From Macrostomum lignano (taxonomy: Eukaryota), in the NCBI GenBank assembly GCA_002269645.1, contig NIVC01001900.1:62001-126000 (forward strand): 64,000 nt of DNA, read 5' to 3'. Under the pieces are notes generated by a model, which saw only the letters and a list, made by a program, of their open reading frames with translations, was not told the origin of the DNA and searched no databases. Shown here one piece after another: positions 60,350-64,000 of this stretch. Numbering within the stretch: the stretch's first letter is position 1; every line of letters begins with the position of its first letter. A program made the position numbers and the translations under genes.

Positions 60350-61935
60350 GTGTGACACCGAGTGACTGTGTGACACTGAGTGACTGTGACACTACGTGAC
60401 TGTGTGATACTCCGTGACTGTGTGACACTCCGTGACTGTGTGACACTGTGTGACTGTATGACACTCAGTGACTGTGTGACACTCCGTGACTGTGTGACAC
60501 TCAGTGACTGTGTGACACTGAGTGACTGTGACACTCCGTGACTGTGTGATACTCCGTGACTGTGTGACACTCAGTGACTGTGTGACACTGTGTGACTGTA
60601 TGACACCGAGTGACTGTGTGACACTCCGTGACTGTGACACTCCGTGACTGTGTGACACTCAGTGACTGTGTGACACTGTGTGACTGTATGACACCGAGTG
60701 ACTGTGTGACACTCCGTGACTGTGACACTCCGTGACTGTGTGACACTCAGTGACTGTGTGACACTGTGTGACTGTATGACACCGAGTGACTGTGTGACAC
60801 TCCGTGACTGTGTGACACTCCGTGACTGTGTGACACTGAGTGACTGTGTGACACCCCGTGACTGTGTGACACCCCGTGACTGTGTGACACCGAGTGACTG
60901 TGTGACACCGAGTGACTGTGTGACACCCAGTGACTGTGTGACACTCCGTGACTGTGTGACACTGTCTGACTGTGACACTCCGTGACTGTGTGACACTCCG
61001 TAACTGTGTGACACTCCGTGACTGTGTGACACTGAGTGACTGTGTGACACCCAGTGACTGTGTGACACTCCGTGACTGTGTGACACTCAGTGACTGTGTG
61101 ACACTCCGTGACTGTGTGACACTGTGTGACTGTATGACACTCCGTGACTGTGACACTCCGTGACTGTGTGACACTCAGTGACTGTGTGACACTGTGTGAC
61201 TGTATGACACCGAGTGACTGTGTGACACTCCGTGACTGTGACACTCCGTGACTGTGTGACACTCCGTGACTGTGTGACACTCAGTGACTGTGTGACACTG
61301 AGTGACTGTGACACTCCGTGACTGTGTGATACTCCGTGACTGTGTGACACTCAGTGACTGTGTGACACTGTGTGACTGTATGACACCGAGTGACTGTGTG
61401 ACACTCCGTGACTGTGACACTCCGTGACTGTGTGACAGTCAGTGACTGTGTGACACTGTGTGACTGTATGACACCGAGTGACTGTGTGACACTCCGTGAC
61501 TGTGACACTCCGTGACTGTGTGACACTCAGTGACTGTGTGACACTGTGTGACTGTATGACACCGAGTGACTGTGTGACACTCCGTGACTGTGTGACACTC
61601 CGTGACTGTGTGACACTGAGTGACTGTGTGACACCCCGTGACTGTGTGACACCCCGTGACTGTGTGACACCCCGTGACTGTGTGACACCGAGTGACTGTG
61701 TGACACCGAGTGACTATGTGACACCCAGTGACTGTGTGACACTCCGTGACTGTGTGACACTGTCTGACTGTGACACTCCGTGACTGTGTGACACTCCGTA
61801 ACTGTGTGACACTCCGTGACTGTGTGACACTGAGTGACTGTGTGACACCCAGTGACTGTGTGACACTCCGTGACTGTGTGACACTCAGTGACTGTGTGAC
61901 ACTCCGTGACTGTGTGACACTCCGTGACTGTGACA
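60350..61935. repeat. 18/20-bp minisatellite (TGTGACACTCCGTGACTG[TG])n with a 780-bp higher-order duplication
   Basis: The sequence from 60501 recurs almost exactly from 61281. Confidence 0.95.
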
Positions 61936-62039
61936 CCGATCGAGGTTCCTGATCGACGCCTTGTCGTTAAGAGCGCCAAGTCGAGATTGAAAGTCTGGCA
62001 CAACAGTTTTACCATAGACTGTACGTTCTCTTGATACTG

Positions 62040-62175
62040 TTCCCAGTGACTACAGTGAGTCTTGATAGTGTTCACAGTGACTGTAGTGAGTCTTGATAGT
62101 GTTTACAGTGACTATAGCGAGTCTTGATAGTGTTCACAGTGACTATAGTGAGTGACTATAGTGAGTCTTGATAGT
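62040..62175. repeat. 31-bp repeat (GTGACTATAGTGAGTCTTGATAGTGTTCACA) x~4
   Basis: Direct tandem repeat. Confidence 0.85.
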
Positions 62176-62950
62176 GTAAGTCTCACATCTCTCAGCCCTC
62201 ATCGCACCTTCTCTCTCCCCACTCATTTCTCAGCCAGCAGTCTCCATTGTTACTGCAGGCCGCCCTGCACACGCGAGCTTCATCGCACAGCTGCTGGCAA
62301 AGTACACCAGACCGCAGGCTGCACACACAGAAACGGAATGAGAGGCGCAGAGACTGCACAGCACAGCTGAGTGCAGCAGGAGTTGCCAGCCAGACCAACT
62401 CGGTCTCCAATGCACATTCCAACATCGAATAGCGAGAAATTCGAATTTCGCACCGCTGCACAGACAAACAAAGTTAAATTAATAATAATCTGCAATAGAA
62501 AACTCACCCAAAACAGGTATCTGTGTGTGCTCAGTATTTTCTCAGACTGAGCATTCTTGCAGCTGCAGAGATGCAATTCTGTGACCTGCGATACTGGCAC
62601 CGATTCAAAGTGTGTGGCCCACTGGATTTGCAGAGCTCAGCAGCCTTGCACTGGCAGCAGAGGATACTCAGCCAAGAATTCCTTGACCAGCACTGAACTC
62701 CCTGACTCGAAATCTGACTGCATTTCGCATTTGACAGGTGAGTCTGTTTGGAATGAGGCTGGAAATGCCTTGAAATCTGCGTTGCTGATCCCACTGTGCA
62801 TTGAGCACTTCTGCCTTCTGCTCCCTCTGTTCTCCCTCTGTTCTCCCTCTCTTCCCTCTCTTCTCACTCTCTTCACCCTCTATTCTCTATCTGTCACTAC
62901 GTTAGTTTTTAACTTAATCTACATTTCAGCGCATCACAGACTATGCAACA

Positions 62951-64000
62951 ATGAGCCTTGGACACTCCAGCGACAGCTCGAGTTCGGACGCGACTCCCGC
63001 TTCCCCAACTCCTCTCTGCATCATCTGCGACCAAGCTGTAGTCGGTGTGGCTCCGTTCTCCCGCTGCCACATGTGCAGTCAACACCTCAGTGTCGATGTG
63101 GCCAATCTATTCAAGCTCAAGGAGGAGGTCGAAGAGCTGCTGCGTGCCTACTCACAAGAGTCACAAGAGTCACAAGAGTCACGAGACTCACAAGAGTCAC
63201 AAGGCGCAGCAGGTGCAGCTGGCCGTGCAGCGCTGATGCGACACCGACAAGACGCTGAGTCGCTGCGTCGTCTCGCTCTCGACATCCAACAGCAGCTGCA
63301 AGAGGTCAATCAAAAATTCGATTTGGTACAGCAACACATCGACTCGTTTCGTAGCAGGGTGACGGGCCAGCTCTCAGGTGTGCTTGAGGCAGTGCGTGTG
63401 TGCGAGCGGGACCTCGAGGACGTCTCCAGCTACAAGCAGGAGGTGGCCACGGCGGAGGCTGCAGGCGACATGGCGGAGCTGCTTCGCCTGGTCCAGTCCA
63501 TGCACGAATCGCTTGGAGACTTGGAGGCCGACTTTGAGAGGTCAGAGCGGCTGCTCAGAGACCAGAGCGACAATGAGGAGCTGCAGGTGCGGCTTCTGGG
63601 CCAGCTCGAGCGGCTGGTCGGCATTTGTGCGGGACGCAGTGAAGAGGGCGACTGGTTGAGAGACGCTGCGGTGACCGCGACATCCGAGGAGATAGACGCT
63701 GCTGAGAAAGAGAGACTGCTGTTCGATCCGATGGTCTTCAGTCACGAGGTGAAGCTGTATGTCCTTGTTCAATGGTTGGCTGTGTGCAGCGACACCAGCG
63801 GATTTGTTTGTGACCGCTCAGGCCGTGTGGTTCCCGCCGATTCAGCGGGAGACCGCAGAAAACCTCTGCCTCAGCCCTGCATCTTTGCATCATTCTATTC
63901 CAACAATAACCACCTACTGGTGCTGTCTGTGGACGGCTCACAGAAGCTGCGGTGCCACTGCGACATTGACTGGAAGAATTTAATCTGGGGCCTTCACTGC
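62951..64000 (+). CDS. Second B-box/coiled-coil/NHL paralogue, 3'-partial (open to the window end, 350 codons)
   Basis: ATG at 62951; the frame MSLGHSSDSSSDATPASPTPLCIICDQ... stays open to base 64000 and is colinear with 40182..41846. Absent from the ORF track, presumably because there is no stop in the window. Confidence 0.85.
   Translation, partial: MSLGHSSDSSSSDATPASPTPLCIICDQAVVGVAPFSRCHMCSQHLSVDVANLFKLKEEVEELLRAYSQESQESQESRDSQESQGAAGAAGRAALMRHRQDAESLRRLALDIQQQLQEVNQKFDLVQQHIDSFRSRVTGQLSGVLEAVRVCERDLEDVSSYKQEVATAEAAGDMAELLRLVQSMHESLGDLEADFERSERLLRDQSDNEELQVRLLGQLERLVGICAGRSEEGDWLRDAAVTATSEEIDAAEKERLLFDPMVFSHEVKLYVLVQWLAVCSDTSGFVCDRSGRVVPADSAGDRRKPLPQPCIFASFYSNNNHLLVLSVDGSQKLRCHCDIDWKNLIWGLHC

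Noticed and set aside
60310-62075. SHSHGV / VTECHT repeat ORFs
   Set aside because: Satellite translations in multiple frames.

Overview
Eukaryotic (animal) genomic DNA with spliceosomal introns and no prokaryotic features. The style (a different minisatellite in nearly every intron, poly-Q/A proteins, GC-rich exons) suggests a free-living flatworm such as Macrostomum lignano; this is inference only. Hand-assembled genes: a 4-exon FAM193-like gene (-) with a GC-AG intron, a 4-exon tetraspanin (+), a ~9-exon SETDB1/eggless H3K9 methyltransferase (+), a single-exon ribonucleotide reductase small subunit RRM2 (+), and two paralogous B-box/coiled-coil/NHL (TRIM-NHL-like) genes (+), the second running off the window end. 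Mobile DNA: a full-length but decayed P-superfamily (THAP9-like) transposon with TIRs and an 8-bp TSD, a 5'-truncated mariner in a tetraspanin intron, a fold-back MITE, three copies of a ~300-bp MITE, a MULE remnant and tRNA-like SINE heads. A large share of the window is minisatellite, which explains most long ORFs in the track. Most notable: (i) paralogous duplicated blocks at 42.9-59.9 kb in which a single-copy seed in one copy is expanded into a minisatellite in another; (ii) a TACATGTA Tc1-type excision footprint inside a homogeneous array, with the octamer also enriched across the window; (iii) an NHL-gene tandem array flanked by the same minisatellite, with divergence concentrated near and in the propeller. 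All alignments and copy counts were done by eye and are approximate.
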